From Lytechinus pictus (taxonomy: Eukaryota): a stretch of 64,000 nucleotides of DNA. Location: assembly GCF_037042905.1 (NCBI RefSeq), contig NC_087250.1, positions 14,200,001 through 14,264,000 on the forward strand, in the 5' to 3' direction. Made by a program: the position numbers and the translations under genes. Below, one piece after another: positions 1 to 13,316 of the stretch (positions are counted from its first letter, which is position 1; every line of letters begins with the position of its first letter). The notes under the pieces were generated by a model that was not told the DNA's origin, did not search any database, and was given only the letters and a program-made list of their open reading frames with translations.

Positions 1-238
1 AAATATTGTATTATTCAAACAATAAAAAGCAAAAGAAATAGTGAGTGAGTGACATCATCGACTCTCTCATTTGCGTATCACTGAGTTGAGCATAGAACTG
101 TTTTGTGAAAAATAAGCGAAACTTTAAAATGTCATAACTTTCTTATTTTACATCCGATTTTTATGAAGTTTTCAGCGTTATTCATGTTTGAGTTCTCTAT
201 TTATTCAAATCAACCTTTTTCTGGGGTGGACTTGACCT
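1..238. mobile_element. Right part of a TTAA-flanked (Kolobok-like) MITE, family A
   Basis: Ends GGGGTGGACTTGACCT + TTAA; homologous to 1120-1343 and 37770-37987. Confidence 0.75.
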
Positions 239-750
239 TTAAGATTTGAGAGGTATAAGGCCGTTCATTGGATAGAAGAGATTTCGCAAGCGCACGCAAG
301 CTTTGTTACACTTAAATACAAGTCAAAAATATGGTATAACTCGATCAAAATATCAACATCATTTCGCATTTGTAAACACCAGATGAAAGCGGAAAGTGCA
401 GTGCAATTTTTATAACAATAATGGTGATGTCTAAGAAGTATAAGACATGTCTTATAAATCATTAAATTTTACCAAAGTTTTAAGATAGTATTTTTTTATA
501 TCTATTTACCGTAATTATCATGATTATAGAGATATTATAGTAAAATGTTATTTTGTTTCTTAAAATTATGATATCATAAAAACACCAAAATATGAATGTT
601 TGTTGTACAATTCATTAGTACTTCAGGAAAACATTAGAAAACCTTTTTTTTCAAAAATGTTTAGTTATTAAAAAAATATATATATATTATCATAATTTTG
701 TGGGAAAGTTTGTTGTCACACCCATGGCATGATAATTATTTGTGTCTTAA

Positions 751-1343
751 ATGACAAGTCCACCCCATAAAAAGTTGATTTGAATAAAAAGAGAAAAAAT
801 CCAACAAGAATAATACTGAAAAATTAAATCAAAATCAGATGCAAAATAAGAAAGTTATGACATTTTTAAGTCTCGCCTTATAATTTTCACAAAACAGTTA
901 TATTCACATCCTGGACAGGTATGCAAATGAGGGGACTGATGACATCACTCACTATTTCTTTTGTAATTTATTATATGAAATATTGAATATTCCAATTTTA
1001 TCCCTGTTGTCCTGTGAAACAAAGTTTTGTTCCTCCCTGAACATATGGTATTAGCTTTGTTTTAAAATTTATGGTTCGATCAATTCGGTCCTTATTGTCA
1101 AATCTGTAAAAATTGAAATACATTTTATAATTCAAACAATATCATACAAAAAATGGAGAGTGAGGGACATCAACTCTCTCATTTGCATGTCTGAGTCGTG
1201 CATATAACTGTTTTGTGAAAAATAATGGAAACTTTGTAACTTTCTCATTTTACTTCAGATTTTGATGAAATTTTCACCGTTGTGCTTGTTAGAGTTTTTC
1301 GCTATTTGTAAAAATCAACAATTTTCTGGGGTGGACTTGTCCT
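751..1343. mobile_element. Complete TTAA-flanked (Kolobok-like) MITE, family A
   Basis: TTAA at 747-750 and 1344-1347; TIRs ATGACAAGTCCACCCC ... GGGGTGGACTTGTCCT with long imperfect inverted arms. Confidence 0.85.
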
Positions 1344-1736
1344 TTAAAAATGATATCATAAAAATGTCAAAATTAGGATGTTTCTGATTCATTTTTCAAA
1401 CATTTTTTTTAAACATTGGAAAAGCTTTTCTAAAAATAAGTTTTTTTTTAATATTTGAGAAGCATAATTATAATCATGACATTTCGAGAATGATGTTTTA
1501 TGTTATAGTCATATTCTACCAACATATATTTTTTTCACATAATGTATAACATTATAAAAACGATGATAGTAAAATGAATTTATTTCTTAAAAGATCAGAT
1601 GATGTTATATCATAAATATGTATTAAAACAATATTTTCTCTCTTTTTTTAGTGAAAATACTATAAAGCAGTTTCAGTTATGACATTCTTAGAACATTTGA
1701 TGTCATTGATATGATACTAGTATTACAACCTTTTAA

Positions 1737-2948
1737 AACTAGCACATCAATGATGTGGAGCTCATCCAGCATCTCGCAACGATATTTAACACAATTTTAA
1801 TTTCAGCCCAGTTGACGTCACTGTAGTGAATTATATTGGTGACATAAATTGAGGATATAGAATTGAAATTGATGAAGAAATTACATAGAAGCTTTTTTGT
1901 GATCTATGAATAAATTTTATCATAAATTAGCATAAATAATTTTCTAGTCAAAATTTCTAAACTCTGTGTAGAACCTTGGTGAACCTCATGTAGCTCTCAG
2001 ATGGAACAAAAATAATCAACAAATAAATAAGTTATTTTTTTGAGTTTTGAAAATATATAAATAAATTAGCATATTTAATGAGTTTCAAAATTCTGTGTTG
2101 AAATTTTGTATCACCACCTAAAGCGATCATATAAAACAAAGAAAATTAAAATTGATCAACAAATGATGTACAGGTTTGGTGAACCTCATGCAGATCTACC
2201 AGATGGAAAAAAAATCAAAATCGGTCAACAAATAAGACGCAATTCCTGTTGATTTATGAATACATTTCGCATATGATACAATTTTTCCTAGTCAAAATTT
2301 CAAAATTCTGTGTAGAAATTTGGTGAACCTCATGAAGTGCTACCAAAAGGAAGCCGAAATAGGTCAACAAATAACGAAGGAGAAGCATTTTTTGTGAATT
2401 TTGAATAATGCGCATAAATTAGCATATTTAATGAGTTTCAAAATTCTGTGTAGAAGGTTTGAATCCCCCACCTAATACTATCATATTAAAATAGCAAACA
2501 GAATTAAAATCAGACTTGAAATGACGAAGAGGCAGCATTTTGAAATTCAGTCAACAAATAAAGAAGAGGCATTTTCTGTGATTTATGAATTTCGCATAAA
2601 TTAGCATAAATAATTTCTACTCCGGCCAAATTTCAAATTTTTGTGTAAAAGTTTGGTGACCTTCATGAGGCTCTACCAGATGGAAGCAAACAATTCAAAA
2701 TCGGTCAATTAATTAAGAAGAAGCATTTTTTGTGAATTTTGAAAAATGCACATAAATTAGCATATTTAATGAGTTTCAAAATTTTATGTAGAAGTTTTGA
2801 ATCCCCTACCTAGTGCGATCATAATATAAAGCAAACAGAATTGAAATCGGACTTGAAATGGCCGCGAAGGAGAAGCATTTTGAAATTGTGGACGGACGCC
2901 ACGCCACGGCATAAGCTCATCTAGCCCTTCGGGCCGGATGAGTTAAAA
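1737..2948. mobile_element. Helentron-associated (HINE/Tsp-like) element, family 1, with internal tandem repeats
   Basis: Starts AACTAG, hairpin CACATCA-a-TGATGTG, sub-terminal AGCTCATCCAGC; internal repeats (aaattctgtgtagaa..ggtgaacctcatg..); ends GACGGACG, hairpin AGCTCATCTAGCCC-ttc-GGGCCGGATGAGTT, then an A run. Confidence 0.7.
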
Positions 2949-5089
2949 ATAGATCCCAATAACTTTATCAAAATGTCAGCAAAATACAAAAAAAATGTTA
3001 AAATTATACTACTAAAAATAAGGATGTTTCTAATACATTTATAAATATTTTTGGAAATTTTATTTCAAAAATGTTTTGTTGAACGGTTGATGTTATTGTC
3101 ATAATATTCGATCTTACAACATTTTTAAAATGTTTATTTTACATCAAATGTATAACCTTACAAAAATGTTAGTAGTATTATCAAGTTTCTGAAAAAAATT
3201 ATATTCATATCATCATAAAACATTGAAAAACATGTTAATGATATATACATTTAATTAACGCTTTTGAAAATTTTTAGGAAAACATTTTTTTCAAAAACGT
3301 GAAGTCAAAATGATACATAAACATATAGTTTCATAACATTTATTATCACATCCAATGTAGGTACATGTATATAACATTATAAAATTGTATATCTGTTTTG
3401 TTTCTCAACAATTTATGTTAAAATTATCAGGATGTTTCTATATATATTTTTTAAAGTTGACATTTTGGAAAACAATATTGAAAACATTTTTCAAGAATGC
3501 TTTTGTTAAAAAGTGTTGTAAAACCATGTTTCATATATCGATCATTTCATTTCAAGTATTCTAACAACATTTTCAAAATGCTATTTTTACATCCGATTCA
3601 TGTACATGTAGATGTCAATAAAATGTTATTGTGTTGCTATCAAAATGTTAATTCAATATGCAAAAACGGCAAAATTATCATGTATCTAATATATTTAAGA
3701 AAATCATAACATTATCAAAAATGTTTTGTCGAAATATTTTGAAAACAAACATTCATGACTTTTTTATCATCATCATGGTCATAACATCGAACGTTTGAAC
3801 AAAAAATATTCACATTAATTAAATGTAACATTATAAAAACGTTAGAAAAATATTAATTGTGTCTTAAGAATTTTTTTTTCATCAACTATGGGTAAACTTA
3901 GATCTATGTAACATTTCGGAAAATATATCTGCTTGGCATCATAATATTAACTTTTATTTCATGTTTAACATCAGGGGAATATTGTTTCATTAATGTTATA
4001 CAAATGTTCTTAAAAATTTCTTTTGAAAGCATTTCTAGGATCTTTCATGAATGTTATTATAGTTAGCTGGGTATGGACATGGATGTCCATAGTATGGAAT
4101 ACACTAGCTGCAAACACATGTATAACAAACCATGTCCAAACCATAGAGCTATATATAGCTCCATATACAAAAAACCACTGACTGCCCCTTATCATGGAGG
4201 TCAGGAGGTCATTTCATGGAAGCAACAGCGTCCTGGTTTTCGTAGTCTAGTCTTATAAACTGTAATACTTATTCCACGGATGAAATCATTGGGTAAGAGA
4301 AAAAATATTTCAATAGAACAAAATGTGAATATCAAATTATCATGGCGGTATATGTCTATTCTGTAGAACATCGGTCACATCTGTGTATTTTCATCGTCCT
4401 TGGGGGTAAACTTGTATTTGAGTGGAGGCAAAAGTTTGGTACAAGAGACTAGTCGTACCTGTAGGCCACTGGTCTGGTTTCCCCTGACCCTCCACTGCCC
4501 ATTGACCACGATGGGGCTGGGGGCCAGGATCCGTTGATCGCTGCCTGAGCCAGAGATGTTTACCAGCTGTTGCCTCCTTGTGACTGGTGTAGTCTACTTA
4601 TTCAAACTTTGATACTTGGTTCATGGGTGGAATCATTTGGCGAGAGAGGAAGGCGCTGAATAGATATTTTTTAAGTGCATGAACACGGAGCCTTATGTTT
4701 ACATTGTAAAAAAAAAACCACAAATTTGCATTTTTCACCCTGTTTGAGGTGAAGTTGTTTCGGGTAAAAATGTGTCTTGTTTGGTGTGTGAGACTAGGGC
4801 ACCTGACCCCCTACCGTGTAACTTGTTTGATTGATGCCTAGCTTTTCTGGTACAGCAAAGTTTTGTACTGGACCTTGTTGGGGAGGGAAGATGAGTGGAT
4901 TGGCGTTGATTAGAGATTGGGAGACATGTGCCCTCTATGTTAGCTTTGGGAAAAGGCACTTCCAAACAACAAGGTCCAATCTGGACTACGCACTATGCAG
5001 CTCAATCTCGATGAGCTGTGTGGGGAGCTTAGTGAGGGTGGGGTAGCAGGTGGCCAGATCTCACAAATAATAGCCAAGGCTGTGGACAC

Positions 5090-7978
5090 CCCAGGTAATA
5101 AGCCAACGTTGGCTGTACGTTGGAAACTTGAAAGTCGTTGGACGTTGGAAAAACTTGATGGATTAACGTTGAATCGAAGTTGGAAACTAGTTTGATGGAA
5201 AGATGATGGACAATCAACAATGACATGACATTGGCAACGTTGGAAACTTGTTGGAGAGATGTTGGACAGTCGACAATGTCACAACGTGTGAAACACGTTT
5301 TATTGGATAGTTGTTGAACAGCCTGCAAAGGCACAATGTTGGCAACGTTGGAAACTAGTTCGCTGGAAGTTGTTGAACAACCGACAATGGCACAACGTTG
5401 ACAAAGTTGGACACTAGTTTGTTGGAGAGTTGTGGGACGGTCGACAATGGCACAACGTTGGAAACACGTTTGATTGGATAGTTGTTGAACAGCCAGCAAA
5501 AGCACAACGTTGGCGACAATTTTGAACTTGAAGAATCTGGCAGAATTTGGACTGGATATAGACAATTAAACTCCTGAATATGTTGTGATCTGGAACAGTA
5601 CATATAAGCTGCATATTTAGGACCTACAATCTGCAGTGGAATTTTCTTTGCACTTGCAGATAGTCGGTAACTGCAACCGTTGATCCCCTCCGAAAGATCC
5701 CGGAGTCAGCTTCTGTGCGCGTACAGTCCGACGCTAGTCTTTTCGTGTAAGTACTTACACCAGTCACTGTGTGAGTGACTAATAGTAATACTAACCTCGC
5801 AATACGTGTGAGTGGGAACGAGTATGCGATACCAAGGGCAAGGCAACAGTCATTGGGTGATTTCAATAATTTCAAGTACAGTGTTGAAATCTGGTGTTGG
5901 TATTGTGACAACACCGTACTTGAATCAGGCTGGTGTTGAGATTGACCTCGGAAAATATGGTGTATTTCCGGCAGTTTGCGTTGAAGGCTGGTGTTAATTG
6001 TAATCTGCTGAACCCAACACTGCACTGCGGCTGCATGGTGCATGGTGTTGATGATCTACGTGCAATTTCCCCATTCAGCAACACCGACCCCCAGGGATTG
6101 GGAGAATCGTGATTTAAAGTTCAATGTTGGTGTTGATGAACTGTAGCTCACAAACAGGGGGTAAACACGACGAACCATCTCCGTAAAAGTATCTTTTACA
6201 TTTAAGATAAGAGCAAATCAATAGAGTTTTAATACATTTCAATGAAAAATAATATTACGCTTGGTGTTGGAGCTCAGTTCAGCAGCCCTTTCGCGCTCTC
6301 AACACCGTACACCGTACTTGAAATCACCCAATGACTTGCTACCTGGCATTCCTGCCTTATTTATTATACGCTGCCTTGAATTGACCTGGTCGGTCATGCC
6401 TGGCCTAGCCTGGACCGAGTGTTTTCCAACTGCAGTCAAACCTGTAGTAGCTACGTGAGGCATGCTTACACTTGACGCTGAAATATCATTTAAGAGTTAT
6501 GGCACGAGCGAGACTAGGTCATGGCCATGTATATTGAGATCTCAGTTGACTTCTATCTTAATCAAAAAGAGGTGCTCTTTAGTTACAGTAGGCAGTAGCT
6601 ACGTTACTCTGAGTGAGGCCAAGTTACGCGACCTCCTTTTTAGATTTTGTTAATACTGAGAGACTGCAATTACACATGTTGGCATTGCATACCGAGTCAT
6701 TAACAATTGTAGACAGAAACAGAGATTGCAACTCGCAAAAAAATGTAATACATCTTAATTCTTATTACATATGCATATGTTTTTTTGGTATTAGTCTTGT
6801 TTGAGAAAAAGAGGATGTCAAAAAAGTTTGACTGCTACAAAGGCCTCAATAAATATCACACGTAATTCTCTTGATTCCTCTTAATTATGTGAAGAGACTT
6901 GTAACAGAGAGAATGAAAAAAAATTAATGGCTGTAATAATAGTTGTAATGTTTTTTGACAGAATCATGAACAGGTTACAGATGATGAAGGCACAGTGTTG
7001 AAAACTGTTTGATGGAGATGGCGCATCGTTGGATTTGTTTAAAATTAGACCAACAAAGAATCAACGTTACAACAACATTTAACCGATATTAGACAAACAT
7101 TGAATCAACGTTTACGCCAACGTTGGACCAACATTGGACCAACGCTGCCATACCTGCCTCATCTGGACATAATGATTATGCACTCATGAATATTCATTAC
7201 ATCAGTAAATGACAAAGATTTTAGGTTATATTGCTATAATAATTAGAGTGTTTATGTTTATTCAATATTTCCACCATGAAAAATTTCAGAAAAGTATGTG
7301 GCTCCATTACCATATCATTTATAATCAAAACCTATTATTCTAAGTGAAATTTACAAGGTTAAGTGTGGAAAATGATATTAACTGTATTCTGTCAAGTATA
7401 GCAAAGTTGCTCTATATATAGGAGTCAATGACAGGATTCAGTGGATAGGTGTAGGATGATAGGAATAGGATGCAGGATTAGGATGTTGGATTTTAGGATA
7501 GGATAAGACATGATGATAAAAGAGTTGTAATGGTGGACTTCACATTGAAACCAATTAATGTTTTGTTAATATACTGCCATACGTTGGAATAACGTTGGAG
7601 CAACGATGTAACAATGGTGGAGCAATGTTGCCAGACAACGTTGGAGCAATTGTTGCTGGACAACGTTGAACCAACGTTGTAAACATAGTTGGACTGACGA
7701 TGTATGCACGTGCACGTCCATCGCTGCTTCAACGTTGCCCATCAACGTTGGAGCAACGCTGTTATTGATGACTCAGCCGACATTATACCAACGTTGGAGC
7801 ATTGATGGTGTCACCGTTGAACTGACGTTGGAAATGTTGTTGGTCTGACGATGTATAGACGTGCACTTCTATCGATGATGCAACGTTGCTTACCAACGTT
7901 GTAGCAATGTTGTATTTGACAATTTAGCCAACATTGGATCAACGTTGCCAGACAACGTTGGAACATTGTTGCTGGACA
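5090..7978. mobile_element. CCCAG-terminal DNA element with CAACGTTG sub-terminal arrays (EnSpm/CMC-like); right end lost at the LINE junction
   Basis: CCCAG at ~5090 followed by a CAACGTTG array (5100-5520); second array at 7060-7978 abuts the LINE. Confidence 0.5.
5838..6346. repeat. Inverted-repeat (MITE-like) insert with GGTGTTG motifs
   Basis: agtcattgggtgatttcaa..gtacagtgttga on the left is complementary to tcaacaccgtac..ttgaaatcacccaatgact on the right. Confidence 0.55.
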
Positions 7979-10900
7979 AGATTTTTTTGATAAAACTGTG
8001 ATAGGTATAATTTATAGGAAACCAAACACTGATATTGATCAGTTTCAAAGTAGCTTGCTTGGTGTTTTGGAAGAGGTTAATGTTGGAAAAACGAACATTG
8101 TACTTATTGGTGATTTCAATATAGATGCGTCTCAAACAATTAATCAAAAGGTACATGATTATTTAAGTATGATAGAAAGTATAGGACTTCAGCAGCTTAT
8201 CTCACCCCCCACCAGGGTGACTAATTCTACCTCATCAGTTATTGATCATTTTTATGCTAATGTTTATAATCATGCAATTCATTCAGGTGTTATCGAAACA
8301 GATGCCTCTGATCATTTTCCAAATTTTGTAATATTTGAAAGTAAGAATAAGAGTAAGAACGCTTTCATGAGGAAAGTTGCCCGATCCTACGAGTCATTTA
8401 ATATTCAATAATTTCATGAAGATCTTGGTAAAATCGATTGGGTACCTGTATTCAGACACAAAGAGGTAAATAGAGCATATGAAGTTTTTAATGACATGTT
8501 TGTGAAAGTGTGTGATAAACACGCACCTAACACAGAACACAATGTATCTCGTGAAGAGAATAGTCCCAAGAAACCGTGGATTTCATCAGCAATTATTAAA
8601 TGTATCAGGAACAAAAACAAACTGTTCAAAAAGTACCGGTCGTCGAATTTTAATGAAGAGTATGGGAATAAATATAAAAGGTATAGGAACACTTTGGTGA
8701 CAGTTATACAAATGCTAAGAGAATGTATTATTGCAATTACTTTGATTATAATAAAAATTATATGGGAAAGACCTGGGAAACTATTAAAGAGTTAATTGGG
8801 AAAAGTAAGGATAAAAATATGCATACTATTGAGGGGTTGGTCATTAATCGAGGTGGATTAGATACGATTGATACCTCAGGAAAGGATTTAGCCGAGAAAC
8901 TTAACGACTACTTTGTTACTGTTGGGTCAAATTTGGCAGAACTAATACCAAATGGGCTTCCTAATTCTTGTTTTAAAGATTATTTGGGTGCTTCAAATGA
9001 GATATCTTTATTTTGAAAACCCATAATGGAAGAGGAAGTTAAACATATTTTATGTACTTTAGATGCTTCAAAATCTCATGGGTATGATAATTTGCCAGTT
9101 AGATTGATCAAGGATGCAGCACCTTTCATTGCTTCTCCGTTGACTTATATTTTCAATTTATCATTAGAACTGGGCAAATTCCCAGATGCCCTAAAGGTAG
9201 CAAAAGTGACCCTCCTGTATAAAAAGGGTTCGAAGGATGACCCAGACAATTATAGACCCATTATAGTTTTACCAGTTATTGCAAAAATCTTTGAAAAATT
9301 AGTTAATATGCTTCTCATGTCCTTTCTAGAGTCCAGTGATATTTTGTATAGACATCAGTATGGCTTTCGTAAGAGATATAGTACAAAATTATCAGTAATA
9401 AATTTGGTAAACGCATTATTGAAGGCGATTGATATGGGTGAAATAACCATAGGTATATTTATAGATTTCAAAAACGTGTTTGATACAATCAATCATAACA
9501 TACTCTACGAAAAATTAAAGCATTATGGAATAAGAGGTATTGTATTGCAGTGGTTCCAGAAAAACTCAATGGACCGATCGCAGGTTTTATGTTACAAAGA
9601 TGAAATGCCCAGTAGTAGAAGGATAACATGTGGTGTTCCCCAAGGATCAGTCCTGGGGCCCACACTCTTTTTATTATATATTAATGACTTACCATGATCA
9701 ACTGATTTTTTCCAGTTTAGACTTTTTGCAGATGATTCAAATATTTTCCATACTTTCCCCAAATGTCAAAAAGATATTGATATGAACTATGTAAGTAAGA
9801 AATTAAAAGAGGTGTATAGTTGGTGTGTACTTAATAAATTAACCATACATTTGAAGAAAACAAATTATATGATAAAAGGACCAAGACGATCTATTGAAAT
9901 TGAAGGTGTATAGACTTTATGTGAAACAGTTATAGAAAAAGTACATGTGGCATCTTTTGTAGGAATTCAAATCGATGAGTCTTTGTTGTGGAAAAACCAG
10001 ATCCAATGTATTGATAAATGCATTAGGCGGAAAATTGGTTTGCTTTTTAAATTGCGTTACTATGTACCACGACATGTTCTAATGCTTTTGTATAAATGTT
10101 TTATACAACCACACATATCTTTTGGAATTGAAGTTTGGGGAAGTAGCTACAGGAGCCATCTAAATTGTATACATTTGGCGCAGAAAATGGCTATGAGAGC
10201 AATTACATTTTCTCTACTTAGAACAAGCTCTAGGCCACTATTCGTCAGTCTGGGGTATTAGATGTACATTTTCTCTACTTAGAACAAGCTCTAGGCCACT
10301 ATTCGTCAGCCTGGGGTATTAGATGTTTATGACTTGCATAAACTTGCAGTATCAACATTTGTTTATGATTTACACAAAGAACATTTACCACATTCTGTAA
10401 AGCAATACTTTGAGTTGTTAAATCATAGTTACAAAACCAGAGGCAGAGAACATTCCATGCTGAGACTCCCCAAATGTAACACTACACATGGCATTTTTTC
10501 TATATCTTTTATTAGAGCAAAGTTTTGGAATAGTTTGCCCCAGAGTATTCGAGAGAAAAGAACACGGTTTTCATTTTTTAAAAATCTGAAAAATTACTTA
10601 ATTAATGAAGATTGATGATTGATATGAGCTTGGAAAAAAATAAAATAAAACAAAGTTGTTTTAGGAGAGTAGATACATTGCACTTTGATCATTTTGGGAA
10701 ACCATTCTCGACTAGCACAAGTGCTAACTTTTGGTTCTCCCTTTAACAGCATTTCATTTGGTACAAAATCACTCATACCATGTATAATTTATGTTCATGC
10801 ATACAATCATTTTTTATGGTGATTTGGTTCTTGTCAAGTGAAACTGCATCAAGACAAACCACATGATGTTACTCTCTTGTATTATATGCTGATATCACAT

Positions 10901-11052
10901 GCGGTATCATATTGTGTTTTTATTTAGACTATGCTTATGTTATGTTATGACTTGCATTTATATGATTCATGTTATACAATCACATTCTTGTAAATATGTA
11001 TATTCATTCATGTAAATATGTTAATGTTGTTAATAAACTCAACTCAACTTAA
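7979..11052 (+). mobile_element. 5'-truncated CR1/L2-group LINE; ORF2 (APE endonuclease + reverse transcriptase) broken by stops and frameshifts
   Basis: EN motifs IYRKP, LIGDFN, PTRVT, SDHFP; KPWIS; RT motifs NYRPI, QYGFR, FDTINH, GVPQGSVLGPTLFLLYINDLP, then FADD after a stop; C-terminal WNSLP; 3' UTR ending AATAAA plus (ACTCA) repeats. Confidence 0.95.
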
Positions 11053-11212
11053 CGGCTCAAACCATGTTATCTCACAGAACCATCAGTACATAAACCACAA
11101 CAAAACATAGAAGATGAAGAAGCAGTGGCTTGATTTGAATGGATTTTCATCTCTATTGACACAAACAAAAGAATCATGTTCTGTATTGACCCTCCATGAC
11201 TATTTCTACTCT

Positions 11213-11600
11213 TTTTGCAGCTTTTCAAGTCAGACCTCATCCAACACTTTTGAATCATGCTCTTTTTGTGACGGCGTGATCATAACAAGCGTGGTATCAT
11301 TTTAAAGAGAATTAAATGATCTTTTGAATGATGTCAAATATGCATTGTGTAAAATTGGGAGTTGGGAGAAATTAATGGCCAAACTTAGATTTCCAAACTG
11401 TTTTTGCTCGTTTTGCAGCTTTTCAATTCAGACCTCATCCAATACTTTTGAATCCTGCTCTTATCATGATGGCATGATCATAACAAGCATGGCATCATTT
11501 TAAAGAGAATTAAATGATCTTTTGAATGATGTCAAATATGCATTGTGTAAAATTGGGAGTTGGGAGAAATTTATGGCCAAACCAAGATTTCAAAACTTTT
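11213..11600. repeat. Two-copy 198-bp tandem repeat, followed by a (TTC)n/pyrimidine tract at 12045-12170
   Basis: tttgcagcttttcaa..aaattgggagttgggagaaatt recurs at a 198-bp offset. Confidence 0.8.
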
Positions 11601-12419
11601 TTGAGGGGTTTATATATATATGTATGTAGTGTAAAAAAGGTCATTGACCTTTGACCTTGAATTTTATGGGTAAATGTAAGTATTTAATTTTTATTATTTG
11701 AACTTCTTGTAAGAATCTGTGCATTTTGAAACCAAGATCACCAACCTGTTACATTTTATCTGGGTGATACCATTATATAGTACATTAAAAAAGGTCATTG
11801 ACAATTGACCTTGGAAAAAAGCACTTTCTCCAGCCCGTATTTTTCCTACCTTTTTTTTGGTAAATGTTGACACCCATACCTACTCAAATCAGTTGAAAAA
11901 AACATTTCCAATAATTTTATCCCAGATGATCACTAAATACGGGAAACTAGACCACTTTGTTCGAATTACTCGATAGCTCCTCAACCACATTTCATTTTGT
12001 ACATGTATATTACTTATTGATGTCTTTGTGAACGATATATCATTTCTTTGCCTTCGTCTTTCTTCTTCTTCTTCTTCCTCTTTCTTCTTCTTCTTCTCCT
12101 TGTTCTTCTTCTTCTTCCTTTTCTCCTTTTTCTCCTTTTTTTCTCCCTCTCCTCCCTTCCTCATCATCTTTCAGAAAGTGATTCTTTTGTAATATTTTAT
12201 TGATCCTTCTGTTCATAATAACATATTTTTTTATTGTTCTTTAAACACTGGTTTTCACACGTTTATCATGCCAATTGTATATTATGTTCCACACGGCCCC
12301 AATGGAAATCTGTCTGTGAACTGGTGGGCTTTTTAATCGTGTATAAATAAAATCAATCTTATCAATCTTATTTAAATACAATACACACTCCTCTTCATTA
12401 ATTCATTTGCAAAGACACA

Positions 12420-12932
12420 GGACGTGCTCTCAATCAACATAATATTCGTTTGTAGGTCCGAAAAGTGGAACTATTTATCTTCAGACGTTAGAAATTCACC
12501 ATCTTTGAATTCTGTTTCTGTTTCTCTTCATGGTAACACACGTTGGAACTCGACAGGACAGCTTTTGCTAGCAAACGCCAAGCTGGTATTTACTCCAAGA
12601 CAAATCTTAAGAAAAAAAAAACTTACGTCCGGTCCCTAAATTGAGTGGTTTCCTTAGTTTCTGTTGTAGGATGACTGGTTTGACGATTTATTAACTGTTT
12701 CATTTGATATAATGTATAATATTATGTTTTTGTTTTCATTTTGCTTTTCCCCTTGTTGTGTAATGTACTTTGCATGGATAAGGGTTTTTTCATGCATTAC
12801 GTCTTTATTGTCTATTTGCCACTGTGTACTCGTCACAAGCTCTGCTTACTTCGTTGCCACCTCCACTGAATTGTTATCTTTTTATGCTTTTATCTCTGGA
12901 AATAAATGTTGAATTGACCTTGAACTTGAATA
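12420..12932 (+). mobile_element. Old CR1/L2-type LINE 3' fragment
   Basis: KWNYLSSDVRNSPSLNS resembles the CR1/L2 ORF2 C-terminal WNxLP..IR.S.SL.SFK motif; ends AATAAA plus a ttgaa/ttgac tail. Confidence 0.5.
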
Positions 12933-12967
12933 AATTGCAAGCAAATTTGGGCAAAATCTTATCTGAC

Positions 12968-13120
12968 CTGATCTTGGCTCTTTTTAGGGGGTAATCCTTC
13001 AATCTGTTCTCTGATAAAATCGAGATCCTGTTTGTCCAATCCATTCTCCTCCAGTTCAGTACTAACTAATTGATTTTTCTCGATCAGATGATCAAACATC
13101 AGTACAGATAGATTCTCATG
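12968..13120 (-). CDS. SAMHD1: SAMHD1 coding exon 7, 153 nt
   Basis: gaacAG acceptor; HENLSVLMFDHLIEKNQLVSTELEENGLDKQDLDFIREQIEGLPPKKSQDQ; donor cagGTCAGA (3' boundary slightly less certain). Confidence 0.92.
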
Positions 13121-13316
13121 CTGTTCAAGGGGAAAAATAAATGGAGGAAATAATAGTGAAGCGGTTCAGTCCCTTGACTCTGAAACAAAGAATTAGGGGT
13201 TCAAGTTCAAGTATTTCGACCGACCATACTTTTGGCAAGAGTAGGATTTATAAAGTCATACATACAGGCGGATCCAGTGGGGGGGGGGGGACCTTCTATT
13301 AGTGGAGCAAAAAAAA

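Larger units (their letters stand above)
470..4071. repeat. Degenerate AAAACATT/AATGTTTT-rich element ending in ..AGCTGGG (CCCAG-type, EnSpm/CMC-like), interrupted by younger insertions
   Basis: Dense short motifs in both orientations over 470-740, 1350-1735 and 2950-4060, terminating in CTGGG at 4067-4071; left end not seen. Confidence 0.35.

Noticed and set aside
265..462. MRNDVD in a minus-strand ORF as a candidate SAMHD1 exon 8
   Set aside because: Lacks the FLYEIV and DKxDY context and convincing splice sites.
5029..5614. 178-aa and overlapping ORFs
   Set aside because: Translation of the CAACGTTG sub-terminal array; no domain signature.
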